This document shows positions 8,884 to 18,170 of a DNA stretch of 64,000 nt, piece by piece (the stretch's first letter is position 1; every line of letters starts with the position of its first letter). Source of the stretch: Gammaproteobacteria bacterium. GTDB lineage: Bacteria; Pseudomonadota; Gammaproteobacteria; Steroidobacterales; Woeseiaceae. Below the pieces are notes generated by a model, which was given only the letters and a program-made list of their open reading frames with translations, did not search any database and was not told the DNA's origin. The DNA lies in the NCBI GenBank assembly GCA_030429005.1, contig JAUIDP010000005.1, forward strand, positions 9,525 through 73,524, given 5' to 3'. A program made the position numbers and the translations under genes.

Positions 8884-11283
8884 ATGCCGGATACCGACAA
8901 GCGTCGGGCCGTCTCCGGATCGGCCCGCTTTTTTACGACATTTGCAAGCTGCCTGCTGCTGACGGCAAGCGTTGGTCGTGCCGATGTTTTCCTGCCGGAA
9001 GCGGCGAAATCGTCTGGCTATGGTCCGACGCGCGTCGGCTACTCACTCGCCTACAGCGGGGCTTGCGGCGAAACAGTCGGCGCCTCGATCAGCTACATGT
9101 CCCGAACCGATATCAGCGACGCGCTGCCGGAAGCCTTGCAGTACGCGCGCGACTCCGTGCCGCATCTGCTCGCGAAATGCGCAGAAGTGCAAACGGTTAT
9201 CGTTGACCTGCGCGGCAGTGCTGCCAGCCCGCCGTTGTTTTATCGCTTCGAGATGCGCCGCACAGATGACTGGGCCCCGACGCAGCTTGCGCGCAACGTC
9301 GACCTCGCCGACGCGCTGCTGCAGTCCGGCTACTTGCCGATGCAGGGCCCGCTGCCGATATCGCGATACAGCTACGTACGCTGGCGGGATGGCCGGCTCG
9401 ACATCGTCTATGGAAACCGGCTCCACGGGCGCATGGCGGCAACCCATGTCGAGAAGAAAATGATAACGGACGCGAACCCGCCACGGGTCTCGCACTATGT
9501 TGTTCGCGGCAACTGGTACGAGATCGGCAACGAAAAGCCGGACGGCGGCTGCCCGACCAGCCGCGAGGGCTATGCGCTGTGGGGCAGCTTCTCGATGACA
9601 TTGAGCCCCTGGTCCGATCGCTTCGACGTGCAACGGCGCAGTTGTGCCGACCACGAGTCGGACGCTCGCGACGAACGCATCATGTTCTCGAACCTGATGG
9701 GCAGCGATCTGCGACAGTTCGGGATCGAATCGTTTCGCATTGGCGAGGTCCTCACCGAGGGCTTCGAAGCAAGCGGCCGGTTCGCAGAGGATTCCGCAGC
9801 AGAAAATTTTGCCGACACCCGCCAGCCGCTGCACGCAACCGAGAATCTCCGCATCTACCCTCGCGCCCCGGATCTGTGCGCACATGCCGACCTGGACGCT
9901 GTCTACCGTATCAACAGCGAGCAGCGCGACAGCGCATTTGGCGGCAACTACACGCGCACGATCGGCGGACTTGCGCGCCGCATTATCAACGAGCGCTGCG
10001 CAAATCCGCTGACGGTCTCGGTGACCAACTATCGTAATGGGGACGCGGAGCCCTGGGATCGTATGAGCTTCCAGATTCGGCCCGACCGCCCCGCTCCGTT
10101 TGGCGGTGACGAGAACTACCTTAGCCTGATTGATCACCGTCCCGGTAAGGCGGCCAAGGCGCATGATGAATGGCTGGCGAGAAACGTGCTGGGCCCGGCA
10201 TGTACGGACGGAGTGTTTTGCGACCTGCCGGGCGGGCGCTACCTGAATGCCGTCTACCGCGGCGACCTCGACGCGATCCGGCAGATGGACTACCTGTATG
10301 CGCAATCAGTCAACGAATTTGTTGGCACCGCGATGCCGGCGGGTGAGAGCAACAATCCGATCAACCAGATATTCGGCGCGCTACTGAATGTGGAGGAAAT
10401 CCAGCTCCTGAAAGACGCGGCGAACAAGTACCTGTACAGCTATGCGGCCTGGGGTGAGAGCTGTCTCGATCCCGGTGCGCAGGCCAGGACATTCATACAC
10501 GTCGAGCCGGTCATCGTCGAGACCGACGAATGGGGCGTGACGACGACCTCGGGCGGCGAACGCTACGAGGCCACCTATACGCTGAATCCGGAGTTTTTCG
10601 AACTGCGTGATCGTGTCGGCAGTTATTATGGTGCGCGCAACAGCGATGATGTACGCAATCTGCCGGAGAAAGCACAGGTGTATATAGGCATCGTGCAAAT
10701 GAAGAACGCGTACGGCTGCCGGAGTGACGAGGTCAAACAGTTCGAGCGCCAGCTTCGGGAACTCACGGCGCGGGTGCTTGATGATCCAGGCACGATTCCG
10801 CCGACAACTGCAAATCTCCCGCCAAGCATCGAGCGAACGATGGCACCACCGTTTGCGGCAGTGCCTGCGGCTGAAAGCATTGCAGCCACACGAATCGCAA
10901 TGACTGCCCCCGCGGACCTGCCAGCCGTCGCAGCACCGGCCGTCATTGCGACGCAGCGTACCGCCACCGCGACAGCAGCAGTCGAAACCGGCCGCACTAC
11001 CAGCACGGCGACTTCCCCCGCGACTGTTGCACCGGCCGGCACGCCTGCTCCCGCTGCGACGAGCCCGCTGCAGCGCCAGCAAAAAATCAATGCCGAGTTG
11101 GCCGAAGCGGGCCAGCGGTACCAGCAGGAAATGGTAGAACTCAATGCCGCAATGCAACTGGCGATCCGCGATGCCGGAACAGCTGAAGCGCGCACCGCAG
11201 CGATGGCCGAATACCAGGAGAAACTCACGGATATACAGCGCCGGGCACTGGAGGAGACACAGCGAATCCGGCAGCAAAATTGA
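8884..11283 (+). CDS. Large secreted hypothetical protein (799 aa) with Ala/Thr/Pro-rich linker and C-terminal coiled coil
   Basis: N-terminal signal-like segment FFTTFASCLLLTASVGRA-DV. Balanced amino-acid composition and GC-rich third positions favour this strand over the antisense 420-aa ORF. I recognise no known domain. Confidence 0.7.
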   Translation: MPDTDKRRAVSGSARFFTTFASCLLLTASVGRADVFLPEAAKSSGYGPTRVGYSLAYSGACGETVGASISYMSRTDISDALPEALQYARDSVPHLLAKCAEVQTVIVDLRGSAASPPLFYRFEMRRTDDWAPTQLARNVDLADALLQSGYLPMQGPLPISRYSYVRWRDGRLDIVYGNRLHGRMAATHVEKKMITDANPPRVSHYVVRGNWYEIGNEKPDGGCPTSREGYALWGSFSMTLSPWSDRFDVQRRSCADHESDARDERIMFSNLMGSDLRQFGIESFRIGEVLTEGFEASGRFAEDSAAENFADTRQPLHATENLRIYPRAPDLCAHADLDAVYRINSEQRDSAFGGNYTRTIGGLARRIINERCANPLTVSVTNYRNGDAEPWDRMSFQIRPDRPAPFGGDENYLSLIDHRPGKAAKAHDEWLARNVLGPACTDGVFCDLPGGRYLNAVYRGDLDAIRQMDYLYAQSVNEFVGTAMPAGESNNPINQIFGALLNVEEIQLLKDAANKYLYSYAAWGESCLDPGAQARTFIHVEPVIVETDEWGVTTTSGGERYEATYTLNPEFFELRDRVGSYYGARNSDDVRNLPEKAQVYIGIVQMKNAYGCRSDEVKQFERQLRELTARVLDDPGTIPPTTANLPPSIERTMAPPFAAVPAAESIAATRIAMTAPADLPAVAAPAVIATQRTATATAAVETGRTTSTATSPATVAPAGTPAPAATSPLQRQQKINAELAEAGQRYQQEMVELNAAMQLAIRDAGTAEARTAAMAEYQEKLTDIQRRALEETQRIRQQN

Positions 11284-11475
11284 ACGTGCAAGACCGCGCC
11301 TATTTGCATTGGCGTACTGGAACACATTTGTTGCCATCGGCTCAACGAGGCTTTTGGGACGGGACTTGCTGGTGCGGAGTTCCGCTATTGGTAAGTTAGC
11401 GGCCGCTTGAACGTCTGTTTTTGCTATACAATTGAGTTCTGGTGTTGACCCGAACCGGCCGGTCGCGTTCTCAAT

Positions 11476-11880
11476 ATGAAAGCGCTTTTGTTCACACTTT
11501 TCTTGGTCCCAATAACCGTCTACGGCAATGACGATCTAGTTGCCATATTGATCAATGAAGGGCCGTCGGAATACTTTCCGGAGAATGCTGACTTCGAGAT
11601 TCTTCCTGAAATCTGCAACTCTTCGGCGTGTTTCTGGGCTGTCTCGGTTGACCACGTGTCCAAAACAAGCAAAGGAATGCGCCGTCTGGCAATTTTCGAT
11701 GAATCCAACAATTACCTTGGATGCTATTCGGGATTACCAGATGTGCCGCGAGGGGTAGAAGGAGAAAAGATCATTTTCCCCGAATCGAAATATGGGTCGG
11801 AGATTGTATTCAGTACAGATTTTCCGCCGGGACAAATTTGGCTCGACGGCGAAGTAATCCACTTTGATCAATCCAAATGA
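11476..11880 (+). CDS. Hypothetical secreted protein (134 aa), low-GC island
   Basis: Clear signal peptide MKALLFTLFLVPITVYG-ND. Only plausible ORF in this interval. No recognisable domain. Confidence 0.55.
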   Translation: MKALLFTLFLVPITVYGNDDLVAILINEGPSEYFPENADFEILPEICNSSACFWAVSVDHVSKTSKGMRRLAIFDESNNYLGCYSGLPDVPRGVEGEKIIFPESKYGSEIVFSTDFPPGQIWLDGEVIHFDQSK

Positions 11881-12089
11881 CGCCTTGATCGATGTCTGCT
11901 AGTGGCCGGTTGCGGTAACTTACCCAGCTGTTGCGTGAGTGTCGGCTCCCTGCAGGAACGGACGAAATCGAACGTCGTTACCGCTGAAACGTGACTAACC
12001 GACCGAGTTACCCAAGTAAGCTGACACTCAATCTACTTGATGTAGACTGACAGACTCCGGCCGAGTCCCGCCGTGATTAAGGTACGAGA

Positions 12090-12533
12090 ATGAAGGTGAA
12101 GAGTCTCGCACCGATTCCGCTCGCCATAGTCGTTAACGGATGCGCCAGTAACTGGGAACCGGTGTCAATGGATTACGTAGTCAAAGACAAGCCATCGGAA
12201 TATCGAGTCGACGTGTTCCTAACTAACGACACAAAAAGCCGACCTTGCCTTCTGCCCGAACACTGGCCGAACCAAGCTGGAAAGGTCAATCACTCCAGCG
12301 ATAGCATCTATCTTCTGGTCGACGGAAAGCGCTTTCCGATGGAGAATTTTAATACTGGGTATTGTCCCGGCGGCTGCGCCCTGGTCGTACGCCCTGGGGA
12401 GACTGTCTCATCCTCTGTCGCTTATAAAGACTTCCAACTACCCGCTGATCTATGGTCCGCACCGAAGAAATTTGTATTGCCAGTTGTTGCATACAGATGC
12501 CCGCGCGTTGAAGGCGATGGGCTCGAGCGCTAG
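12090..12533 (+). CDS. Hypothetical lipoprotein (147 aa), low-GC island
   Basis: Lipobox IVVNG-C after a hydrophobic N-terminus. Five further Cys residues in the mature part. No recognisable domain. Confidence 0.55.
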   Translation: MKVKSLAPIPLAIVVNGCASNWEPVSMDYVVKDKPSEYRVDVFLTNDTKSRPCLLPEHWPNQAGKVNHSSDSIYLLVDGKRFPMENFNTGYCPGGCALVVRPGETVSSSVAYKDFQLPADLWSAPKKFVLPVVAYRCPRVEGDGLER

Positions 12534-12569
12534 CATTCGAAACGAATTTGCCGCAAGCAGGTACTTAGC

Positions 12570-12959
12570 ATGATAAAAATCGGGCGCCTTGACCACGTCA
12601 ATATACGCACTGCGAATCTCGATCAAATGGTGAATTGGTACGAGACAATGCTTGGCATGGTCAGCGGCAGACGGCCCAACTTCCCGTTTCCCGGAGCATG
12701 GCTGTACGCCGGCGAGCAGGCCATGGTTCACTTAATTGCGGTTGAAGGTGATGCCGGCACTGGTTCAGAGAGCGCTCTGAAACTCGAGCACTTTGCATTT
12801 CGGGCGCGTGGGTTCAAGCAAATGATTGCGCGCCTGGAAGCCGCCGGCGAGCGCTACGACACGTCGCCGTTGCCCGGGGTAGATATCACTCAGGTCAATA
12901 TTTGGGACCCCGATGGTAATCATATTCACATTGACTTCTCGTCCAGCGAGGCTGAATAA
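12570..12959 (+). CDS. VOC-family (glyoxalase/bleomycin-resistance/dioxygenase fold) protein
   Basis: LDHVNIRTANLDQMVNWYETMLGM...WLY....MVHLI......LEHFAF......IWDPDGNHIHIDF is the typical paired beta-alpha-beta-beta-beta VOC pattern with metal-ligand His/Glu positions. Confidence 0.85.
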   Translation: MIKIGRLDHVNIRTANLDQMVNWYETMLGMVSGRRPNFPFPGAWLYAGEQAMVHLIAVEGDAGTGSESALKLEHFAFRARGFKQMIARLEAAGERYDTSPLPGVDITQVNIWDPDGNHIHIDFSSSEAE

Positions 12960-13098
12960 CCACTTCAGCCAATGCGCCACCTGTTAGTCGAATGTCACTG
13001 TACATTTATCAATTGCTGAGCATCCGGTGTTGGCTGCGGATTCAAATGGTGAGTTATTCAACGCTATCTTCGTTCGAGATTCGCTGACTTGATTGCCC

Positions 13099-13479
13099 AT
13101 GATTCTAATTTTTTCTGAAGATGGCGGAGTACGAATTACTGAGTCGCAATCTGAAGCTGTCGCTCAGTGCGAAGGAGTAGACGTGCTGAGTCTCGTCTTC
13201 TGGTTCTTCGATGAGAACGGCCGCCCACTTGTGCCGATATTCGACAAGCCAGTTTCCAAGACGCGATTTCTTTGGTTGTTTAAAACAGTTGATTCGGGTG
13301 AATACCATTTAGAAGTCGGTGACGCCGAGCATCCGATGTTTGTCGCCCCGGTATCGACATCGATATATGAAGCGACCTACTTGGAGCCAAACCCGTTCTT
13401 CGATTCACTTGATCAACTGATTGACGACCTTCGCAAGCGAGCCGTACTGGTCGATATAGAGTCCGACACTCGTCGATGA
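13099..13479 (+). CDS. Hypothetical cytoplasmic acidic protein (126 aa), low-GC island
   Basis: Start set at the ATG at 13099 (the track uses TTG 13093). No signal peptide and no recognisable domain. Co-oriented with the other island genes. Confidence 0.5.
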   Translation: MILIFSEDGGVRITESQSEAVAQCEGVDVLSLVFWFFDENGRPLVPIFDKPVSKTRFLWLFKTVDSGEYHLEVGDAEHPMFVAPVSTSIYEATYLEPNPFFDSLDQLIDDLRKRAVLVDIESDTRR

Positions 13480-13795
13480 GTGGCTGTCCTGGTCGGAGGA
13501 TCAACGATGCACGTCTGCCTACTATTTCATGCAGAAGAACGACAGATACGTAGTAGGACGAGTGGCGGGACAGGATCAGATTGAATTCGATGACCGTCTT
13601 TCGGCCTGTGCGGACTTTATCGTTAAGACTGTGAACTTGATCTGGTGAGCTGCTGATTCTGGTTGCGACGAAGCCTGCCGCCCAGCCCTCTGTGATCGGC
13701 ACACTCGTCATCTGGAGCCGTACTGCTCATCTGCCCTCCTTTGCAACTGATAGAATCAGATAATCTACCGCTCGAGAATCCAGACTGGAGATTGC

Positions 13796-14155
13796 ATGCG
13801 TTATCTTCCGACAATTGCTGTGATCATGCTCCTCACGATCTGTTCGCCAGCGCATTCGTTTACAAAGACGGCTGCAGAGTTTCTGTCGATTTGCAACAAG
13901 GGGCAGACTGAAATGATGGTCTGCACGGCGTTCGTAATAGGCGTAGCTTACGGTTTTGAGGACGCTAGAGAGCACATCAGACTGACGACAAATCTGAAGA
14001 CCGCCCCAGATCTGTTTTGCGTGCCTGACAACTGGAGTGCGGGCCAGGGGCTGGAGGTAGTCATCAAGTGGGCCAGTGAAAATCCCGAGTTTCTCGAGCA
14101 CAGTCCGTCAAGTGTGGTGTTGTGGGCACACAGAGAGGCTTATCCGTGCGACTAA
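13796..14155 (+). CDS. Rap1a/Tai4-like periplasmic immunity-family protein
   Basis: Signal peptide. The spacing C..(7)..C-x3-V-x-G-V-x-x-G ... FC-V-P-x5-Q-x3-V-V-x-K-W-x3-NPE-x-L ... A-x3-A-Y-P-C at the C-terminus matches my recollection of the Rap1a immunity-domain pattern. Not verified by search. Confidence 0.55.
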   Translation: MRYLPTIAVIMLLTICSPAHSFTKTAAEFLSICNKGQTEMMVCTAFVIGVAYGFEDAREHIRLTTNLKTAPDLFCVPDNWSAGQGLEVVIKWASENPEFLEHSPSSVVLWAHREAYPCD

Positions 14156-14249
14156 TCCACGTCTTGAGCCTAACTTCAGGTCGTCGTAGTCGAATTCTGG
14201 CGCACGACTACCGCCACGCGCCTGGCGACTGACAGCCAACAGAAATGAA

Positions 14250-15071
14250 ATGCTTCCCTATGCGCTTGACAGGTCGCAATTGAATAGAGAGAAGTGGGAT
14301 CGACACACCTTTCGTGGTCTGGCAGCGGCCGGCGGGATGTATCTTATCTCCCTCCTTCTTGAAGACACGCTCAGAACTGCAATTGCGGGAGTAGCAATCG
14401 ACAGAATTGTGCGGTCCTGCATCTATCAGTCAATCGTCTGTTTTACATTAGCTTTTGTTGGTGCATTTATCGCCCGTCGCAATTTCGTGGCCGCGATCAC
14501 TCTCGTTGCATTAGTTTGCATATTGGTCACGTTCAACAATTTTCTTCAAAACTTTGCCATGGTTGGAGAACGCCCATCGGATATTGAGCTTCTGATCAAG
14601 AGCGCACCAGTCATTCTCGCCGCGATCACCTCGATCATTGCAGGTGCATTTGCCGGCAAAATGTTCAGTCACACAGGTTCTGCAAGTGATTCCGAGACTC
14701 GCTACGCCCGTCGAAAAAAGGGTCTGTTTCTAAGCATGCTTGGTCTGTGCGTAATCGCCCCGCAAGCATACTCGGCGTACTGGTTTGCAGAAGCACAGAA
14801 TGAAACTCGCAATGCCTTGATTTTTATCAAGAGCGGAAGGATGCCGGAGAACGTAAGACTGGCGCGAAGCCTATATGGTGATGAAGCAGCACCGATTGAT
14901 CACCTGGTTGAAGAATTCTCTACCCGGACCAAAGTGAAGACGAGCCACAAATATGGGTTAGGTCACCATGGGTATGAGGTAGAACTTTTTATTCATGGTG
15001 AACCTCCATATGTCGCGAGCGCATCCTATTCATATGGTGAATGGAACATCACATGCTGTTATCAATTCTAG
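14250..15071 (+). CDS. Hypothetical multi-pass membrane protein (273 aa), low-GC island
   Basis: About five hydrophobic helices, then a soluble C-terminal domain of roughly 90 aa. No recognisable domain. Confidence 0.55.
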   Translation: MLPYALDRSQLNREKWDRHTFRGLAAAGGMYLISLLLEDTLRTAIAGVAIDRIVRSCIYQSIVCFTLAFVGAFIARRNFVAAITLVALVCILVTFNNFLQNFAMVGERPSDIELLIKSAPVILAAITSIIAGAFAGKMFSHTGSASDSETRYARRKKGLFLSMLGLCVIAPQAYSAYWFAEAQNETRNALIFIKSGRMPENVRLARSLYGDEAAPIDHLVEEFSTRTKVKTSHKYGLGHHGYEVELFIHGEPPYVASASYSYGEWNITCCYQF

Positions 15072-15314
15072 TCGCTGAGGATTTTCCTTGGAGCATCATT
15101 GCCCTGATCCGAAGAATCCTGCGAACGACTGCGCTGGGCCGGCTGCAGCGAGTAGCCTGGTTTCTCATTTTGTCCGGTATACAATCGGAAGCCGCCTATG
15201 AAGCTGGCAGCATGCAACCCAATGCCTGGAATCGGTTACACTATCTGCCACCAAAGCGGATCCTTGTGGCCCGCATGCATTAGTCTAATCGCGAACTGAC
15301 CCTCGCACGAAGGA

Positions 15315-16778
15315 ATGGACACCAGGACAATCAAGATGGACGTGCTATTAAGGGTAATCGCGTATCTCGTCGTCGCATGCCAGATCGTTTCCTGCCAGCC
15401 GGCATCGCCGTCAACCGGCACGGCGATCACCAATGTAACCGTCATCGATGCCGTTAACGGTATACGCACCAACCAGACTGTCATCTACGACGGCGACAAA
15501 ATTGTCTCGGTCAACCCTGACGGAGCGTCTGCAAATGTCGCGAAGACGATCGACGGCAGCGGCAAATACCTGATTCCCGGCCTTTGGGACTTCCATGTTC
15601 ACCTGAGCTACGACGAGCGCTTCACGGAGGACATGCCGGCTCTGTTCCTTTCCTACGGTGTAACCAGCGTGCGCGACACCGGCGGCATACTGCGAAAGAT
15701 GTTGCCGATCGTAGAGAAGATGCGGGCGCCGGACGCTATCGCGCCGCGGGTCTGGTTCGCGGGCCCGTTGCTCGACGGTACCTTGGTGGTTTACGACGGT
15801 GAGTCACGCACTGAAATTGGTGTACGAAATGCGACGCCTGATGAGGCTCGCGCCAGAATCATAGAGCTCAAGGATCAGGGCGTCGATTTCATCAAGATCT
15901 ACGAGATGGTGAGTCCGACCGTGTTCGAGGCCATGGTGGAGACCGCGCAGGAACTCGACTTGCCAATTGATTCACACGTTCCGTTGTCGATGCGTGCCGA
16001 CATCGCCGGGCCGCGGGTCGATTCGATCGAGCACCTGCGCAACATCGAGTTCGAGTGCGCTTCAAACGCGTCGGAGCTCTATGAGACGCGGCTCGAACGA
16101 CTCAATAATCCTGGTGGCCTTTCTGGCTTCGAGCTGCGTTCGTCACTGCACGACCTGCAACGGTTGCCGGCAATCGCTGCCTATGATGAAGCGCGCTGCG
16201 ACCGTGTCATCGACAGCCTGACCTCGACGATGCAGGTGCCCACGCTGCGCATGACAGCACTGAACCAGGCACCGCCGTTCGACAAACCGGACTGGAACGA
16301 GGCGCTGTCCCGCATCCGCGAAGACGCGCGCCAGGAATGGGCGGCGATGGCGGCCGACCTTGCAACCAATCCCGTCGAGGCGTACACAAAATTCGGCGAA
16401 TGGGCGCGCTTCCTGACAGGCCGGATGCACCAGCGCGGAGTGCCGATCGGGGCAGGTACGGACACACCAATCTTCCTGGCGATTCCCGGTTACAGCCTTC
16501 ACTCGGAGCTGGAGCAGCTTGTCGCCTCCGGGCTGTCGCCGCTGGAGGCGCTGAGCGCAGCGACGCTGCGGCCCGCGGAGTATTTCGGGATCGAAGACGA
16601 AATCGGCACGGTCGACCCGGGCAAGCGAGCCGACCTCCTCCTGCTCGACGCGAACCCTCTTTCGAATATTTCGAATTCACGTCAGATCAGTGCCGTCATC
16701 AGCAAAGGGCGATACCTGACTCCCGCGGAGATCCTGTCTCCACGGGGCGTCAAGACGGACAATAGTCCTCCACGTTGA
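15315..16778 (+). CDS. Amidohydrolase-family metallo-hydrolase, probable lipoprotein
   Basis: Lipoprotein-like signal (VVAC-Q). NVTVIDA...GKYLIPGLWDFHVHL (HxH metal motif). ...GAGTDT... and ...VDPGKRADLLLLDANPL C-terminal motif typical of the amidohydrolase_1 fold. Confidence 0.85.
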   Translation: MDTRTIKMDVLLRVIAYLVVACQIVSCQPASPSTGTAITNVTVIDAVNGIRTNQTVIYDGDKIVSVNPDGASANVAKTIDGSGKYLIPGLWDFHVHLSYDERFTEDMPALFLSYGVTSVRDTGGILRKMLPIVEKMRAPDAIAPRVWFAGPLLDGTLVVYDGESRTEIGVRNATPDEARARIIELKDQGVDFIKIYEMVSPTVFEAMVETAQELDLPIDSHVPLSMRADIAGPRVDSIEHLRNIEFECASNASELYETRLERLNNPGGLSGFELRSSLHDLQRLPAIAAYDEARCDRVIDSLTSTMQVPTLRMTALNQAPPFDKPDWNEALSRIREDARQEWAAMAADLATNPVEAYTKFGEWARFLTGRMHQRGVPIGAGTDTPIFLAIPGYSLHSELEQLVASGLSPLEALSAATLRPAEYFGIEDEIGTVDPGKRADLLLLDANPLSNISNSRQISAVISKGRYLTPAEILSPRGVKTDNSPPR

Positions 16779-16812
16779 GGCTTTCCTCGAATCCACTTTA
16801 AGTTTCGCAAGT

Positions 16813-16838
16813 AGCCGCCTCCCGCGGGAGGCGTGGCT
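16813..16838 (+). terminator. GC-rich stem-loop downstream of the amidohydrolase gene
   Basis: AGCCGCCTCCCGCGGGAGGCGTGGCT forms an inner stem CGCCTC/GAGGCG around CCGCGG. No T-tract follows, so terminator function is uncertain. Confidence 0.25.
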
Positions 16839-16923
16839 GCAACAGCCTGCATCTTCGCCTCTCACCAGGAATTGCTAGAATTGGCGCCTGTGGCTCATAG
16901 CGATCCTTTCGGAGGCTGAGGAG

Positions 16924-17742
16924 TTGAAGCTGAACCTGTTTGCGACCGCGTTACTACTATTTGCGGCAGTGGCCTGCGGCGACGAGTTGTCAAACCCTGA
17001 CGATGCGCCTCTACGATTCGACGTGGTCTCATCCGACCCTGTCGAGCAGGGTGAGCGGCTATCCGCAATACTTGGCTGCGTCGGGTGCCACACACCCGAT
17101 CTCACAGGCGAGGACTGGAGTGATCCGGAACTGGGTGTGCTTTGGTCAGCTAATCTCACGCGTAGTGCGGCTGACAATTCGGAGGCGGAACTGGCTGTCA
17201 TGATCTCTGAAGGGAGACGCCCCGACCGCGCATTGCTGGATATGCCGTCGTACCTGTTTTCAGAGATCCACCCGGACGACCTTACCGCGTTGGTCGCGTA
17301 CCTGAAGACACTTGCACCCAAAGGGGTCAGGCATCCCGAACCGACTATCGGCCCTCTCCTTGCAGAAAGAATTGCCAGCGGAGATTTCAAGAACTCGGCG
17401 GAACGGGTAGCAGAGATGAAGGACCAGGCGCCACCTGACCTGGGGCCAAAACACGTGTTCGCGCGCGCTGTTCTGCGCGCTACTTGCGCGGAGTGTCACG
17501 GTATGGACCTTAATGGCAGCACTGAACAATTGATCGACGCCCCACCACGTCCAAGTCTTCGCATCGTAGGCGCGTACTCCATAGAGGAATTCTCCAAGCT
17601 AATGAAGACCGGCACGGGCTTTGGAGGTCGTGAGCTGAACTTGATGGGCGGCGTCTCTCGCTGGCGTTACTCGCGTTTCACGGACAATGAAATCACGGCC
17701 GTGTACGAGTATCTTGCAGAGTTAGCGCGACAGCCACCCTGA
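16924..17742 (+). CDS. Dihaem c-type cytochrome, probable lipoprotein
   Basis: TTG start. Signal with AAVAC-G lipobox. Two CxxCH haem motifs (CVGCH, CAECH). Confidence 0.8.
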   Translation: MKLNLFATALLLFAAVACGDELSNPDDAPLRFDVVSSDPVEQGERLSAILGCVGCHTPDLTGEDWSDPELGVLWSANLTRSAADNSEAELAVMISEGRRPDRALLDMPSYLFSEIHPDDLTALVAYLKTLAPKGVRHPEPTIGPLLAERIASGDFKNSAERVAEMKDQAPPDLGPKHVFARAVLRATCAECHGMDLNGSTEQLIDAPPRPSLRIVGAYSIEEFSKLMKTGTGFGGRELNLMGGVSRWRYSRFTDNEITAVYEYLAELARQPP

Positions 17743-17840
17743 GCAATTACCGCGTTTGCTGTTTGGCGTAGAATGACTGTCGTCAGGATTTGCCGGAGTC
17801 GCGCAGCGGTATGTCCCGACATTCACGAAGAGGACTGAAT

Positions 17841-17954
17841 ATGTGGTCTCTGGGCACAAGTGCAGCATTATTTCTATTCATCGGGCTAATTATCGGTCTC
17901 GCATTTGTGGCAGGAGCATTGCTGGCCCGCTGGAGAGATCGGAATAAGGATTAA
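17841..17954 (+). CDS. Possible small membrane protein (37 aa), below the ORF-track threshold
   Basis: Manual read: ATG at 17841 preceded by GAGGA. It encodes MWSLGTSAALFLFIGLIIGLAFVAGALLARWRDRNKD, a single TM helix with a basic tail. Confidence 0.3.
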   Translation: MWSLGTSAALFLFIGLIIGLAFVAGALLARWRDRNKD

Positions 17955-18170
17955 TTCCTCTGATGGTCATTTGTGGCCGATCACGGAAGCTCCTCCAGAC
18001 TAAAATAAGGCCCGTTGCGATGCGGAATTGCGATGTTCGGCCAGCACGCGATCGAAGAAATGAGGGCTTGCCGCCCCAATGCAGGCTGCCAGCGGCCGCC
18101 CACGCATGATGCTGTAGAATCACAGCGATTAGCCTGATTCGACCTTTTTTCTTGAGGAGCAAATAGCGCG

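Noticed and set aside
7465-11283. Prophage or tailocin remnant around the tail-fibre-like gene
   Set aside because: No other phage-type genes (capsid, terminase, portal, baseplate, lysis, integrase) lie within 10 kb on either side, and composition matches the host backbone. The gene is retained as a finding for its unusual stand-alone context.
11391-11925. 9-bp inverted match GGTAAGTTA / TAACTTACC flanking ORF 11476..11880, a possible terminal inverted repeat of a miniature element
   Set aside because: The match does not extend beyond 9 bp. There is no target-site duplication and no further copies. It is within chance expectation for spacers of this size.
13529-13648. 39-codon ORF (MQKNDRYVVGRVAGQDQIEFDDRLSACADFIVKTVNLIW) in the 316-nt gap upstream of the Rap1a-like gene
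   Set aside because: No Shine-Dalgarno sequence, no recognisable motif, and nothing to separate it from a random short ORF. The gap remains unexplained.
11290-15310. Integron cassette array (CALIN) as the explanation for the co-oriented small genes
   Set aside because: There is no intI gene. Reading the spacers at 11881-12089, 12960-13098, 13480-13795 and 14156-14249, I could not find paired RYYYAAC / GTTRRRY core sites or the imperfect attC palindrome structure.
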